A stretch of DNA of 64,000 nucleotides. Source: Podarcis tiliguerta. Its lineage: Eukaryota. This document shows, one piece after another, positions 11,490-24,370 of the stretch (the first letter of the stretch is position 1; each line of letters opens with the position of its first letter). Where the stretch lies: assembly GCA_965153285.1 (NCBI GenBank), contig OZ229110.1. The stretch is one strand, 5' to 3'. The position numbers and the translations under genes are program-made. The notes under the pieces were generated by a model. That model did not search any database, had not been told where the DNA came from, and saw nothing but the letters and a program-made list of their open reading frames with translations.

Positions 11490-14400
11490 AATATGTGACA
11501 TACTTTCATGCATTAAGTTTCTGTTGGGAAAGAAAACAACGTAGTTAACCAGTTCTAATTGCTGTACACCTGTGGATCCCTCTTCTTACTACTGTTTTAA
11601 CCAATCCCCTGTGCAATGAGATGCAAAATACATGCACAATATCACCACATCAGCATCTTGAAGGTGGTAACAAAAAGGGCATGTGCAAATTCAGCAAGCC
11701 CTGCATGCATTCCGCATATTTGCAGAAGGGTGTTCTGGGCGTGAATATGTTCACACAAAAAATGGGGAATGTTCTACATAAATGGTGATAGATTGATAGA
11801 CTGGCTGCTGGCTGGAGTTGAGGCTGAGGCATAAATAATAGAAGACAAGATTCTGCAGATCTAAGCTGAACCCCTTTAATAAGACATGCCCATAAGTTAT
11901 ACACTTGCAGACATCCATATGCTCATTAAAGACAGACTCTGATTATTCTTTTTGCAAATACACATAGTTGATGAAGGTGTTTTGTAAGGGAGCCAGGAGG
12001 GTTGTTTTGAAAATGAACACTGAAAGTTGGGGGAAATGGATTGTTTTACTGTACCTTTTACTGAAGGATCATTCAATGCAACATCAGTGGAAATGCACAT
12101 TTCATTTTGATATATGTGTCTTTAAAAAACTCTGTCCAACATCCAAGAAGAATCACTTGCCTTAAGTAATGCCCATTCAGGAACATAATGTTCATTTGAG
12201 TGTAAAGGATAATGGAGAAAACAATCAAATCCATTTGTTTCATATATAGGGAATTTCTGGATTCATAGAACCACAGATATTCAGTGCTGTGAATTTAACA
12301 CTTATTCATTTTAGCAACCAAAATTTACAAGGTATCATACTACTATCATGCTACTGTTGAAAGTGAATATTTAAGCATATAAAATAAAGTTGAGGACTTT
12401 GGGGGCAATCCTATGAACTCTAAGACTGTCAAACAAATATTTGCGACAGACTTCAACTATTGACAGTGTGCTGGCAGTACAAGCTAATGTACAGTGCTGT
12501 GGCAGTATAACAAGACTTACCTGAAAGGAAGGGAATAAGGGGTGGGATACTAACTGGTATAATCTTAACTACTGTGAGACAGAGGGATTTGATCCAGACC
12601 TTGCCTTTTGTGAATGGAAAGGGCCTTCTCTCACTTCCATCAATGAGATTGGTCCACTGGATCAAAAACCTTCTATGGCAGGAGGTGACTTTTAATTTTT
12701 GTTATTAGAGCCTTGCCCACATGTACAAGATAGATCAAAATGGAGCCAAAACTCCAGAGAGAAAGAAAGAGATGCAGGAAATGGAGCCCCACCCACCACA
12801 AGCTCGTTGCACAATTTTGTGACCTGATTCTTTGAGTCAGGAATAGCAGAGTGAGCCAAATGATGTACAACGGCAACAACTTCTTCCTGTATTGGACGTG
12901 GTATAGAAACTAATGGACTTCCCAGGTCATAGGTCACACAGTATTAAGCACTACATTACATCTCCAGTTGCTAGCAAATCTAGCTGAGGTTATAAGTAGT
13001 AAATTATCAGCGGCAAAACGTTTGTAGAGGAAGATGTTTGCAAATGTGTAACAGTATGTCTTGCATACTGTGCTGTGGATCTGTCCTGCAAGATATATTG
13101 GAAACTCCAAATTTTACACTTAAGTGATTAATAGCTTCATAGCTGCGTTGTCTCCCTAACTGCAGAAGCAAGCTTATGAAGCACACACTATTCTGCACTT
13201 TCTACATTTCAGAGTGTGATTATTTCATACATTATTTATGCAAGATTCATGCTGAGTCTTGTAAGGGTCTAATACTTGGCTCTGGGGTTAATGGGATTTC
13301 TCCGCCCTTTCCAGATTACACTTGTTAGCTGGATGTATAGCCATCTGAGCTAAATGCACAAATATACTTTACATGTGTAGAGCACATGGACTTGAGCAAA
13401 GATTATCTGTGAAAGACTAAAGTATATAGTCTGGACCAAGGGCATGTGCAAGAGCAGAAGGTAGATTGGGATCTACAGGTAGATTGATGAGAGAAGATCT
13501 GCAAGCGTTTCCGTTCAGTTGCAGTTCATCCTCCACCAAAAGCTGTGTTATTCATCTCACTTTCCAGTATGGAGAAATTGCATATTTTTTGTTATCATTT
13601 ATGTAAGTTACATATATTATGTTGCCATTATGTTATGTTATTTCACTCCACTCATTTCAATGCAAAGGTAATACATTGAAAATGCGGGGGTGGGGGAGCA
13701 AAATCTGTTATGTATCATTTGCAGACTGAAAGTAACAACAGTTAATACGGATAGTATTTGATAGACTGATTTCTATTCCAGACATGGTGTGAATAAGTAA
13801 CACCAGCAATTTCTGCTCCCATTTTCATTTTCATCGGAAATCTCTGACGTCCCTAGTTCTGGTACTGATTGCCAATTTCTAGGCTGAGTGTATACTCAGG
13901 TGTATCTTATTCCTTATTCCTTAGCATCTTTTCAGCTGTCTGAGCCATAATTTTGCAGGATTTCAGTTGGTAGTCTTGGGGTTCTAAGTAAAAAAGCAAA
14001 GTAGATCTTACAAGCCTGAAGTCTCCCCACCAAGCGTCTAGACTACTAGATTGTAACAAAACTATGTTGCTAGATAACAAGCAGTCTGAGACATAGGTGC
14101 TCTTGCTAGTGAGAGAAATCTGTCATTCTGATGCCATTTGACTTGTGTGGGAAAGTCAATGTGAAGTAATGAATAGAGTATTGGGCTATTGAGATCTGGC
14201 TTCTGAATAACCATGAAGGTCCATGTGGGAGAAAGGAATCCTTATGTGACCCTGGGTCCAGTAGTTTAAGGAGCCATCAGCCCCTTCAGAGAGGCTTACA
14301 ATTGCATGCAAGTTACTAATGTGATTAAACACCTATCTGGTGGGTGCCCAAAAAGAGTTACAACAAACTGGGATTGATGCAAATCCTCAACAACCTATTG

Positions 14401-14529
14401 ATAGATTAGTCTTCTTCCTTTTGTTACCCTAAGCTGCCCACAGTAAAATAATATAAAATCTGAATAACTTGAAAATCTATGGGTAGGGTTGACTCACAAT
14501 ATTTTGCTGAACCTTGGTTTGTTCATAAC

Positions 14530-14580
14530 AAATTTAATTTGTTAGTCTTTAAGGTGCCACAAGAGCTTTGTTGTTCTTTT
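14530..14580 (+). mobile_element. Penelope (Neptune-like) terminal remnant
   Basis: AATTTGTTAGTCTTTAAGGTGCCACAAG motif; an opposite-strand relative lies at about 20195-20260 (GTAGCTGTGTTGGTCTGT…TAAAGACTAAC). Confidence 0.55.
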
Positions 14581-16002
14581 CCTTAGGCCATTTGCTCTTT
14601 TGAAGCTACAATGCTGGTTCTCTCTCTCTCTCTCGCACACACACCCACACCCACACGCCACACACTTTTGTGTGCTTAAGATATTAACTTTATCCAGCAA
14701 GACGTGACAAGATAACAAAGGAAGATGCAGCAGTATAAAAATTGTTATTAGCTTTTGCCTTCTAGAAGAATCCCAAAAAGAAGAAATATTGCTTTATAGA
14801 ATTTACATATCTGCAATGCTCTCAGTCACGGAGACAGCTCCGCAATTACTTTTTCTACTCAATTTAAGCTCTGACATTTGGTGCAATGTCTCACAAAGGG
14901 ATGCAGTAAAATTGGCTTGGCTGAGGAGTAAGAGGGTGGACAAGCAGAATTTAAAACCCAATCAAGCATTGTGTACTTGATATTTTTTGACACAGCTGAA
15001 TCCTTTTGAGGCCAGAGTGTCGTAACCTAATTATCACTCAGACACTGCCCCTGCCCCCTCACTTGTGCTTATTTCATGAATAGCACCTCTGATCCACTGG
15101 CTGTTTGTCAAGTAATGAAGAAAAATAGGGCTGTCCTGTAAGACTGAAAGAGCAGCTCCATCAGGCTTGGTGCGAGACTAGGCTATGTCTCATGCTTTCT
15201 AAGTTTCAATCCATTTCAGCACATTTGCTACTAAAACATTCATGATGATGATAACGCAATTTAAATTGTTATACAACTAACCTATGGCAATCTCTTCATG
15301 ACTTAGTCATGTTTAAAAGCATAAGATCTTGTAAAAACAGCCTTCAAGATTTAACAAATCAACACATACATGGGAAACAAATGAAAAACTGAATCAGCAA
15401 CTGAGGCAGGGCAAAAGAGCCAGTGTTGCTGTATCTGCAGAGAGAAAAACACGACTAGAGGTATCAGACCCTGCTGTATACTATATAGCTTGCCAATTTT
15501 CCATGAATGTCTAATACGAAACACAGTGCTAGAAAGCAACCATAACATTTTATTTTCTGTGCACTACGGTGTTGTATTATTGTCATTCCACAATTTTAGT
15601 GGCCACGTTTGTGAACTTTTATTTTCCTTTTGCGGTTAGTAGATATAAAGCTGATCTAAATAATGCCGAATGAACTGTGAAATAATGGCAAAGAACTGCA
15701 AAAGCTTCAGATGTGTATGATGTGCTTAGCATGCTACGAGAGTCTTAAGTTTTGGAGAACTACTGCCTCAAAGTGAAAAGATTTTGCTGAAAAGTTAGAA
15801 GGATAGATAGAAGGATACTCTATGGGAGTAAATGGACTTTCCAGGCTATGATCCTTTCCAAGCAATATTCCAGCAGCTCTGCTGTACAGCAGCACCCATC
15901 CATGGATATCACAAGCAAGGTTATCACCAGCATTTTAGAAGGTTTTTATACAATTGTACTTAAACTGGGTATCTGACAAGAGCAAATGACACCAGAAGAA
16001 TG

Positions 16003-16274
16003 TAGGGTTGCCATGTTTCAAAAAATGAAATCCAGACACAAATGTTGTTGAGCTTATTTTTTGGGATGGGGGGCAGAGCTGTTGAGCTTTCCTCTTTTTC
16101 AACCAAAGTTGTTGAGCCGTTTTAAAGAAAATTTGGCAAAAACAACACTGCAAACATGGCTCGCCATACGTACAGACATTTCCCCAGACATTTATGCCAA
16201 TTTCCGTCCAGACACTGGTTCCAACTACAGTATTCCAGGTATGTCCAGGAAATTCCAGATTTATGGCAACCCCA
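16003..16274. mobile_element. hAT-type MITE (TAGGGTTGCCA TIR)
   Basis: TIRs TAGGGTTGCCAT…ATGGCAACCCCA; 8-bp TSD GAAGAATG/GAAGATTG with 1 mismatch; internal GTTGTTGAGC repeats. Confidence 0.85.
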
Positions 16275-16918
16275 GAAGATTGCATATACTACGTACATTG
16301 TTGGTGTTACTCTTCCATAGCTATAAGCCACCAAGATTATAGACAGAGGCAGGACCTTCACCGGAGGATTGAGGGGCCCCATGCATAACACCACCTGACA
16401 TCCTGATGCCACCCCTCTGAACATCGAGGGGCCCGCGCCCCTTCAAAAGAAAGATTGGGGGCCCCAGGGCCCCTGCCCCCAGGAGCTGGCACCCTTGTAG
16501 CAAGATGTTAAGACAAATACATTACACTGAAGGCATTTTCAAAGCACAGCAAATGATAAAGACAATGCACACTTATAATGGGACTAAGCAGCCACATTAT
16601 GCAATAGTATAGAATTAGAAATCAGTGAAGAGTGAATGAAGACTCACTTTGCCTGCAGAATTAGCCATGTGTGCTGCATTAAGGTGCAGTAGCACCAGGA
16701 ATGGCCAGCTTGGCGGGATGGTGCTGTGGTGCTGCAACCCAGGTAGCTGTGTCACTACTGTAATGAAGACGGACAACCACGTGGTCAGGGTTGTGCAAGC
16801 AGCCCTGAGTCAACACCAGATTGGCCCTGCTAGTGCACCCATGCAGCCCCGACCTTGCTGTTGCCATGCTCCCACCTCATCCAGGTAAGCACTGCTGTTG
16901 GGAGGCCGATAGCATGCA

Positions 16919-17300
16919 GGTAAGGTGGTGCTGTGATCTAAACCACTGAGCCTCTTGGGCTTGCTGATCAGAAGATCAGCAGTTTGAATCCGCATGACAG
17001 CGTGAGCTCCTGTTGCTCTGTCCCAGCTTCTGCCAACCGAGCAGTTAGAAAGCACACTAGTGCAAGTAGATAACTAGGTCCTGCTGCAGTGGGAAGGGAA
17101 ACAGTGTTTCCATGCACTCTGGCACTTGTCATGGTTCTCCATGCGCCAGAAGCAGTTTAGTCATGCTGGCCACATGACCTGGAAAGCTGTCTGTGGACAA
17201 ATGCCGGCTCCCTTGGCCTGAAGCAAGATGAGCGCCACACCCCATAGTCACCTTTCACTGGGCTTAACCGTTCAGGGGTCCTTTACCTTTTTACTTCACC
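16919..17300 (+). mobile_element. Sauria SINE, older subfamily
   Basis: Head GGTGGTGCTGTGATCTAAACC, core GTCATGCTGGCCACATGACC and tail GGGGTCCTTTACCTTT; probable TSD TAGCATGCA (16910-16918 and 17301-17309). Confidence 0.88.
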
Positions 17301-18689
17301 TAGCATGCACTAACCCACTGTGCCACCCACTCCTGCATCGTGCCAGACAATAATAGCAATCAAACAAGTGAGTAGGGAGGGGGAAGACTTAAATATTAGT
17401 ATTTGATTCACTTGGGTGCTAGAGAGGGATGCTAATATAAAAACAGAGATTGTAGTACACCTGTGCATCTCTCCCCCCCCCCCCAAAAAAAAATGATCCA
17501 GCCCAATAGCCTGTTTGGCAGAATCTGTGCATTATGCTGCAGCCAGACACTCTTGTGGGAATTTCCGAGACAAAACAAAGTAATGACATTAACTCTTGGG
17601 GTTATTTGTAAACATTGCTGCTGCATGCTTTTTCTCCTTGTCCTGTTTGAAAACCAAAGTACCAGGATCTTTAAAACATACAATTTTCCTTGAGTTGCCA
17701 TAGGGAAATAAAATGACTCCCTGTGATCTAAAGCTAATCTAATGAATCTAGCAAGCTTTGGTTCAGTCTGGCAGGGGACGGTTATTTTCACCCCGCTTGA
17801 TCATCACTTTTATTCCTTTATTCTCAACAGATGCACTTTTACTTGTTTAGTAGTAGTACTTTTTCCTCCACAATCTAAGCGACGGAAAGAGGGGGTATGT
17901 AATCTGACTTTCACTACTAGTATAATTAAGTCACACAAAAAAGCATATTTAAGGCGGCATTAAAAGATCCAATTTAAGCTTGCAAAAGAAAAGGGAAATC
18001 AATGGGGATATAATGCTGAAAATCTATCCTTAATGCAGCATGCTTCGTCTTCAATACGTCCTGCTGGGCTGAGCTTGAGCAGAGCATTGAAAGGAAATAG
18101 TAATGCCAACTGCATATTCATGTTCATCTCCAGCAGCATAATGGGTGCATCCAATTCGTCATGATGCCACAGTGAAGATGGCACAGCAGTAGCATGGATT
18201 TATGTCACCTTTACTGCCTTTGGAAGTTGGTGCTTCTTGCTGGGTGGTATTTGTCAAATGAAGCTGGGCCTTGAATCACACCCTGTGGGAAACTTGCAAC
18301 ATGAAAGAACGAAAATATTGCTTACAGAATGTGAGTGGGCTGGCAATATACTTCTAGATACTTTGATTCAAGACCCCGATTTACATCGTACTCCATCATC
18401 GCCTGCTATTCTACCAATGCTCTATGTGATCCCGCAGAATGTATTACTTAAAGCAGCAGTGGGAAGCCTCAAGCCTGTCGGACAAATTAGGCCCAGTCAG
18501 GGTCCTAATTTGGCTCATGGTGCCATTTTCCCTGAATTGTGCCCAGCCAATGTCAGGTGTGAGGAAAGAGAACAAATGGGAGCCTTTAAGTGTGGTCTAG
18601 ATTGTCCCTTGGAAAGTGGGGCTTGAATCTGGTAGCAAATAAAAGCCCCACTGAGACTGCTTCCACTTGGGAGCTCCTGAGGGGTGAGG

Positions 18690-19323
18690 TCTGGGGGTGA
18701 AGTCAAACCATTGCGTTAGCAGCACCAAAGTGACCTCCCCAGGGCACAAGCCTGGGCGATGTGTATGAAGGTCCTGGGCTGCCTAGACAACAAGACCCCT
18801 CTCTCGCCTCACAGATGTGGTCCAAAGGAAAGCAGAGCCATACACTTGGTTCCAGCTTGGCAGCGGAGTTGCTAGAAGGAGGTACACATCATCCAACCAT
18901 CTTAGGGACCCCACTCTGGATTTGTGCAGGGTTAACTCCTTAGCCTTTTCTTTTCCCAAAAGGCAACTGAGGTTTAGGATGAGAGTTTTCCTTCTCCTAG
19001 ATGAGCTACGTTTCCCAGGTTGACAAGCCCCATCTGTTCCTCACTTCCATCTACAGCTGATACAGAAACCGCCTTCTTTACCCTTGGACCCACTATTGGT
19101 CTCATCTGCTCAATCTGCCAGAGCCTGTCTCCACATGCAGGGAAAGTCCCTAGCTTACTGAAAGTTTAAGACTCATCATCTACCCTCAGCTAGTTTAGCC
19201 AACCTGGGGTGTGGCCGCTGTTGCATGCTGACAGCTTCTAAGAGCCACAGGTGAGAACTGAGTGCAGGGTGAGGACCAAAGGCGGACAAACTACCCGAGA
19301 AGGAGCATGAAGTGCCCCCTCAG
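18690..19323 (-). mobile_element. Probable RTE-clade LINE 5'-region fragment
   Basis: Minus strand contains CTAGGAGAAGGAAAACTCTCATCCTAAACCTC, resembling RTE 5' regions as recalled. No ORF; boundaries approximate. Confidence 0.45.
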
Positions 19324-19670
19324 AGGTAAAGGTAAAGGTAAAGGGACCCCTGACCATTAGGTCCAGTCGTGGCCGACTCTGGGGTTGCAGCGCTCATCTC
19401 GCTTTATTGGCCGAGGGAGCCGGTGTACAGCTTCCGGGTCATGTGGCCAGCATGACTAAGCCACTTCTGGCAAACCAGAGCAGTGCACAGAAATGCTGTT
19501 TACCTTCCCACCGGAGCAGTACCTATTTATCTACTTACACTTTGACGTGCTTTTGAACTGCTAGGTTGGCAGGAGCAGGGACCGAGCAATGGGAGCTCAC
19601 CCCATCATGGGGATTCAAACCGCTGACCTTCCGATCGGCAAGTCCTAGGCTCTGTGGTTTAACCCACAGC
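19324..19670 (-). mobile_element. Sauria SINE (extreme 5' end missing)
   Basis: Colinear with 11135-11489; (AGGTAA)n tail on +; no TSD found. Confidence 0.93.
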
Positions 19671-20724
19671 ACACTCCATAAACCCCAACCATTCCCTGCC
19701 AAAAGTGGGGGGGTTGCAATAATTCAATTGGAGACAACAGGTTTCCGATCAGGAGTCCCCGAATGCAGCCAATCCCTGCTAAAAGTAGGGATCCACTTGG
19801 GTGTCACTATATATTTTTAAAAATTAAAATAAAATTAAAACCTTGCTGTTCATTGGCAGTGGAAGAAGTTTTGTGTCTAAGTATTGTTGGCCTATAGTAG
19901 CATCGTATATTTGAAGTGATAATTTGTGGAATGTCTGTCTTAGGGCTGACAGTAGCAGATTCAGACCATTTTGTAGTTGCAGTTGTGATTAAATTTGCCA
20001 TTAACTACAAGCTATATAAATTCATTAGTATCCATTAATGATCAGAGCCTCTGGCAATATCTGTGTTATTCATTCTCCTGAGACTGAGCACTTTGCCTTC
20101 ATTACCGCTCTGTTGATATTTTGATACAATATGCTTTTGTCTTATTTATTTATTTATGCTATCTTCTTGATTAATCATGTGCCTTTTATTCTTCCAGAGG
20201 GGTAGCTGTGTTGGTCTGTTGCAAAAGAACAAGGAGTCTTAGAACTCTTTAAAGACTAACACAACATAAGCAATGCTAAATCCAGGCTTGTTAGACCTCA
20301 TACAGGAACATTAGAAAGAGTCAATTGCCGACATCATTTCTAACTCCTTGTGATAACAAAAGACTTCACAGTGTGACACTACAACCAGAGGTGGATTTTT
20401 GGTATGGTGGGTCCATGAGCTTTATTCAGGCCGCATCTGCACTATACGTTTAAAGCAGTATCATACCACTTTACACAGTTATGTCTTCCCCCAAGAAACT
20501 CTGTACACCCCAAAGAAGTGTACTTTGTTAAGGGTGCTGAGAGTTGTTAGGAGACTCACAGAGTGGTTTAATGATCAATGCTCCCTCCCAGGAAACTGAA
20601 CAGCATGATGCTGTTGAAACCAATTATGCTATAGTCACATTTATACTGCTTCCAAAGAGATTGGGCATATGTGTTTCATCCACTTTACTTCCACGACAAC
20701 CCTGTGTAACAGGTGCATAAATTA

Positions 20725-21090
20725 CAGTGGTGCCCCGCAAGACGAATGCCTCGCAAGACGGAAAACCCGCAAGACGAAAGGGTTTTCTGTTTTCAGAGGC
20801 GCTTCGCAAGACGAATTTCCCTATGGGCTTGCTTCGCAAGACGAAAATGACGAAAATTTTTGAGTTTTTTTCCCGCTCCCCAACCCCTTTTTCTAAAGCG
20901 CTAAGCTGCTAATAGCCTTTTAGCAGCTAAACCGCTAATCCCTTAAGCCTTTAATAGCCGGTAATAGCCCTTAAACTGCCAATAGCGCTAATAGCGTTAA
21001 TCCGTTAATGGGCTTGCTTCGCAAGACGAAAAAACCGCAAGACGAAAAGACTCGCGGAACGGATTCTTTTCGTCTTGCGAGGCACCACTG
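20725..21090. mobile_element. Tigger/pogo-like MITE, family C, with subterminal CGCAAGACG repeats
   Basis: TA TSD; TIR CAGTGGTGCCCCGCAAGACGAA…TTCGTCTTGCGAGGCACCACTG; internal AATAGC repeats; CpG-rich, which suggests a young insertion. Confidence 0.9.
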
Positions 21091-21511
21091 TAGTTTAGCA
21101 AGACTGGCTATCTGGATAAGTTTGTGGCTTTAAACGCTGATCCCCTCAGTCAAAGCCACACATTCTAGTCAGTGTATCACATCACAACGGCTCTTTGAAA
21201 CATCTGATATCTTACACGCCTGCTAAATGTTTGGTGGGCTGCTAATGGTAACACAATACCAATTAATTCATTCACAATATTTGTATCCTTCCTAAAATAC
21301 AAGGGTTGTCTCTCTCTACTGTAACATTCTTGCAAATTGAAAAGGAAAGGGAAATTCACCCTCCTCTCCATAACCTCTCTTTTCTTTCTTCATGTGATGC
21401 TTTCTTGTGGGAGGACCTTATTCAACTCTGACAGCCTCTCAAGTAGAGAGGTGTGTTTCAGGAGAACTGAACATGCCCAATATATATGTGGTGCTAATGG
21501 TTCAATTAGAC

Positions 21512-21614
21512 CAGGCATACAATTCCCATCATCCCTGACCACTGTTCCTGTCAGCTAGGGATGATGGGAGCTGTAGTCCCAAAACAGCTGGAGGGCCAAG
21601 TTTGGCCATACCTG
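21512..21614. mobile_element. hAT MITE (palindromic CTACAACTCCCATCATCCCT family), left arm deleted
   Basis: Perfect 8-bp TSD AATTAGAC (21504-21511 and 21615-21622); CAGG…CCTG ends. Confidence 0.88.
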
Positions 21615-21640
21615 AATTAGACACTGTAAACCAGCTAGAG

Positions 21641-21779
21641 CAGCTGTGGCATACCTGTGGACCTCCAAATGCTATTAGACTCCAACTCCCATCATTTCTA
21701 GCCAGCATGGCCAATGGCCAGAGATTATGGGAGCTGAAGTCTAACAACATCTGGAGGGGCACAGGTTCCCTATCCCTGA
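21641..21779. mobile_element. Older palindromic hAT-like MITE
   Basis: Arms CCTGTGGACCTCCAAATG…CATCTGGAGGGGCACAGG; a related copy lies at about 37500-37633. Confidence 0.65.
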
Positions 21780-23739
21780 GATTGTAGTTCGGAGATAACT
21801 GCATTGATGCAAATGGGCAAAGGAAGCCGAGCTCATTCCACTTCAAAATTATATATGAAAATCAGTATCCTATCCAACTCAAGAAAGATGTCCAGTGTTT
21901 CAACAGTATTTCGAAGCAAAAATGTTCTGTGCTTCCCTTGCCAAGAATAATGGTCAAAGTGATGGATGTGGCAGCTTGCTATAAAAGGTCTCTTCTAGTT
22001 ATTATCCTTTGTCATGTGAATTATCTGCAAAAAAGAATTTGACTATAATTTTATGTTGTTAAATCCAATTTATCACTATCATTTAAGATTATATGGTAAT
22101 TTATCATCAAATACTATCAATTGCAACTTGACACGTCATTTGAATTCCCTCTCCAGTCTTTGCCTAAGGATCCTTTGAATATGTCTGCCTTTAAAACAGA
22201 AGCAGGGAGGTATGATTGCTCTGTTTTGAAGTAAGAAAAAGGCTTGAAAATGAATGATGATTGTCTATATCTTAAATCCAACAAAAGGAGTGCAGCTCTC
22301 AGTGAATTCAATGTAGGCTTACTTTCAGCTTTGCAGCCACAGCTAAACTATCAGCACATTCACTTTGACTGATGGGAAGCTGAAGGAAACATGGATCAAC
22401 TCATGCTTTCCCAGAGGAACAGGTGTCTTCCTGACAGATGAGCTTTCAGGTAGAGCAGGACATTCCTCAAGACTCACCCCTCTGATGTCAGAGCATGAGG
22501 ATAGTCTTCCTTGCTGTGGTACAATGGCTATAATCCTTGTCAAGCATTCACTACATATGATTAACAATCACTCCCTGCCATGCCTACATACCTTCCTATG
22601 AAGTCCCTAGCAAGTCCTGCCCTCTGCTGTCAACGTTATCCTTGGGTGAAACAATGTTCTTGGATGGAACAATGTTCTCCTGAAAGTCCAGAGTTTCCAC
22701 CCACAGGAAGAGTCTACCCCTGGTGCTACAAGGCAGACTTCTATGATCAGTTAATACAATTTTCTGGATGTGAGGGAGAACCTCATCCCCATGGTTTTTC
22801 CTTGGTTCATATGATGAGAAAGAAGCGGCCACAGGAAGAGCATTTGCTTGAATGTAGAAATCAGATTGCCCACTGAAAGAATCCTAAACTTAAGTTTCAA
22901 GTGTTTGAGACTGCACACCTGAAATGGTGGTAGCAACAATGATTTCTTTGATGTGACAATATAATACCAGCAGAAAGCATGATTAGATTTTCAAAGATTA
23001 GAAGCTGCAGGGAGATTGGAATTTAATAGCAATATAGTTTGGGAAGCCTCGAGGAATCTCTGTCCTTCATGTTGAAATTCTAATTTGAAATTAGCAAGCT
23101 GTTTCATCTGCCAGATGAGAGTAATTGAACTTTGGCGCACTAGACATGGAGAACAGAGAAAAACCTGCCATTTGTTTCCCACGTCACCCATTTTATTACC
23201 TTGAAGATCAGAGGCACCAAAAGTTAACACTATTTCATATATGTATGTGTAAAATGTATTTCCTTCAATATTTTCCTTTCCATCTGCCTTCAGAACAAGT
23301 TCTGACCATGAGGAAAGGCTGGAGTGGGAAAATATGGCAGGCCACGTACTTCCTGTGGAATAACATGGGCAACCTGAGGACATATCTAAGGTTACGTAGG
23401 ATAACTAGCAGAGAGGAATATGTGAACCTCAGTCCTTGAAGTGAAATAATATTTGCTACACTGTGCAGTGATGTAATATTAAAATTGGTTTGATCTCTAC
23501 ACAGAAGATAGCTATTTAATGCTAACCCCTGAATCATGATGAAATGTGTATTTGCTTTGAAACTACCTATATAAAGCCAATTGCACTGTTAGTGCATCAT
23601 GGGCAGAAGTTATTTAATCAACAGCTAATTCTTGATGAAACTCATTGACGATTGTGAACTACATGACTAGTCCACCAATCAAGCAACTTCTTTCTTGTTG
23701 GACATTTTCTCCATTTGGCTTAATCCTTGTGATGGTTTA

Positions 23740-24370
23740 CCATATTTACTCGAGTAAATGGTACTGTATTTACCATCCCTCGGTGCTGGCACGAGAAGAT
23801 GTAGGAGATGATATGCCTCTCCTCACTCCAATGCTTGAGGCTATCTGCGTCTTCTAAGCTGCCCTCCATCATCCCATACTCATAACTCCCACCAGCACCA
23901 CCTGAAACTATCATTTCTCCCAGTAGGAGAGCTCTACAAGCCACATTTTTAACACTGGTGGACCAGGTTATAAGAAAGACATACTTCCCCTCAGTTGTTC
24001 AGTAGGGGCATTAAGCTCAACAAATAGAAACCAGTTAGCTCATCACAGCCTGATGATGCCAAGGAGAGGCAGGCTTGTTCTCTGGTGCCACTGGTGTTGT
24101 GGAATGTATTCCCTAATGAAATATGGGAGGCCCCATCTGTACTGGTATTCTGCTGACTTTTGAAGCTGCTTACACATGCATGCCTGTGATATCTTAACCC
24201 AAGCCTCCCGTTTTGCTTTAATAAAACAATATTATTACACATTTTAATAATGGTTGTTCATATTTCAATAGGATTGTGTATTTTAATTATGGACTGTTTT
24301 TAATGAGTCTGTGTTTTAAGCATTTTGTGGAATTGTTGGGCATTAAGTGGTATATTAATTAATTAATTGC
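23740..24370 (+). mobile_element. Old L2 LINE 3' fragment
   Basis: Degenerate L2 C-terminal-like sequence (…LVLWNVFPNEIWEAPSVLVF…) and L2-like tail. Boundaries approximate. Confidence 0.5.

Noticed and set aside
16875-16892. CCAG|GTAAGC plus-strand AG|GT motif
   Set aside because: Pyrimidine tract is C/A-interrupted and weak, and the site is adjacent to a SINE; likely chance.
20725-21090. Regularly spaced short repeats suggesting a CRISPR-like array
   Set aside because: Eukaryotic MITE with TIRs and a TA TSD; repeats are about 9 bp and irregular, with no cas genes.
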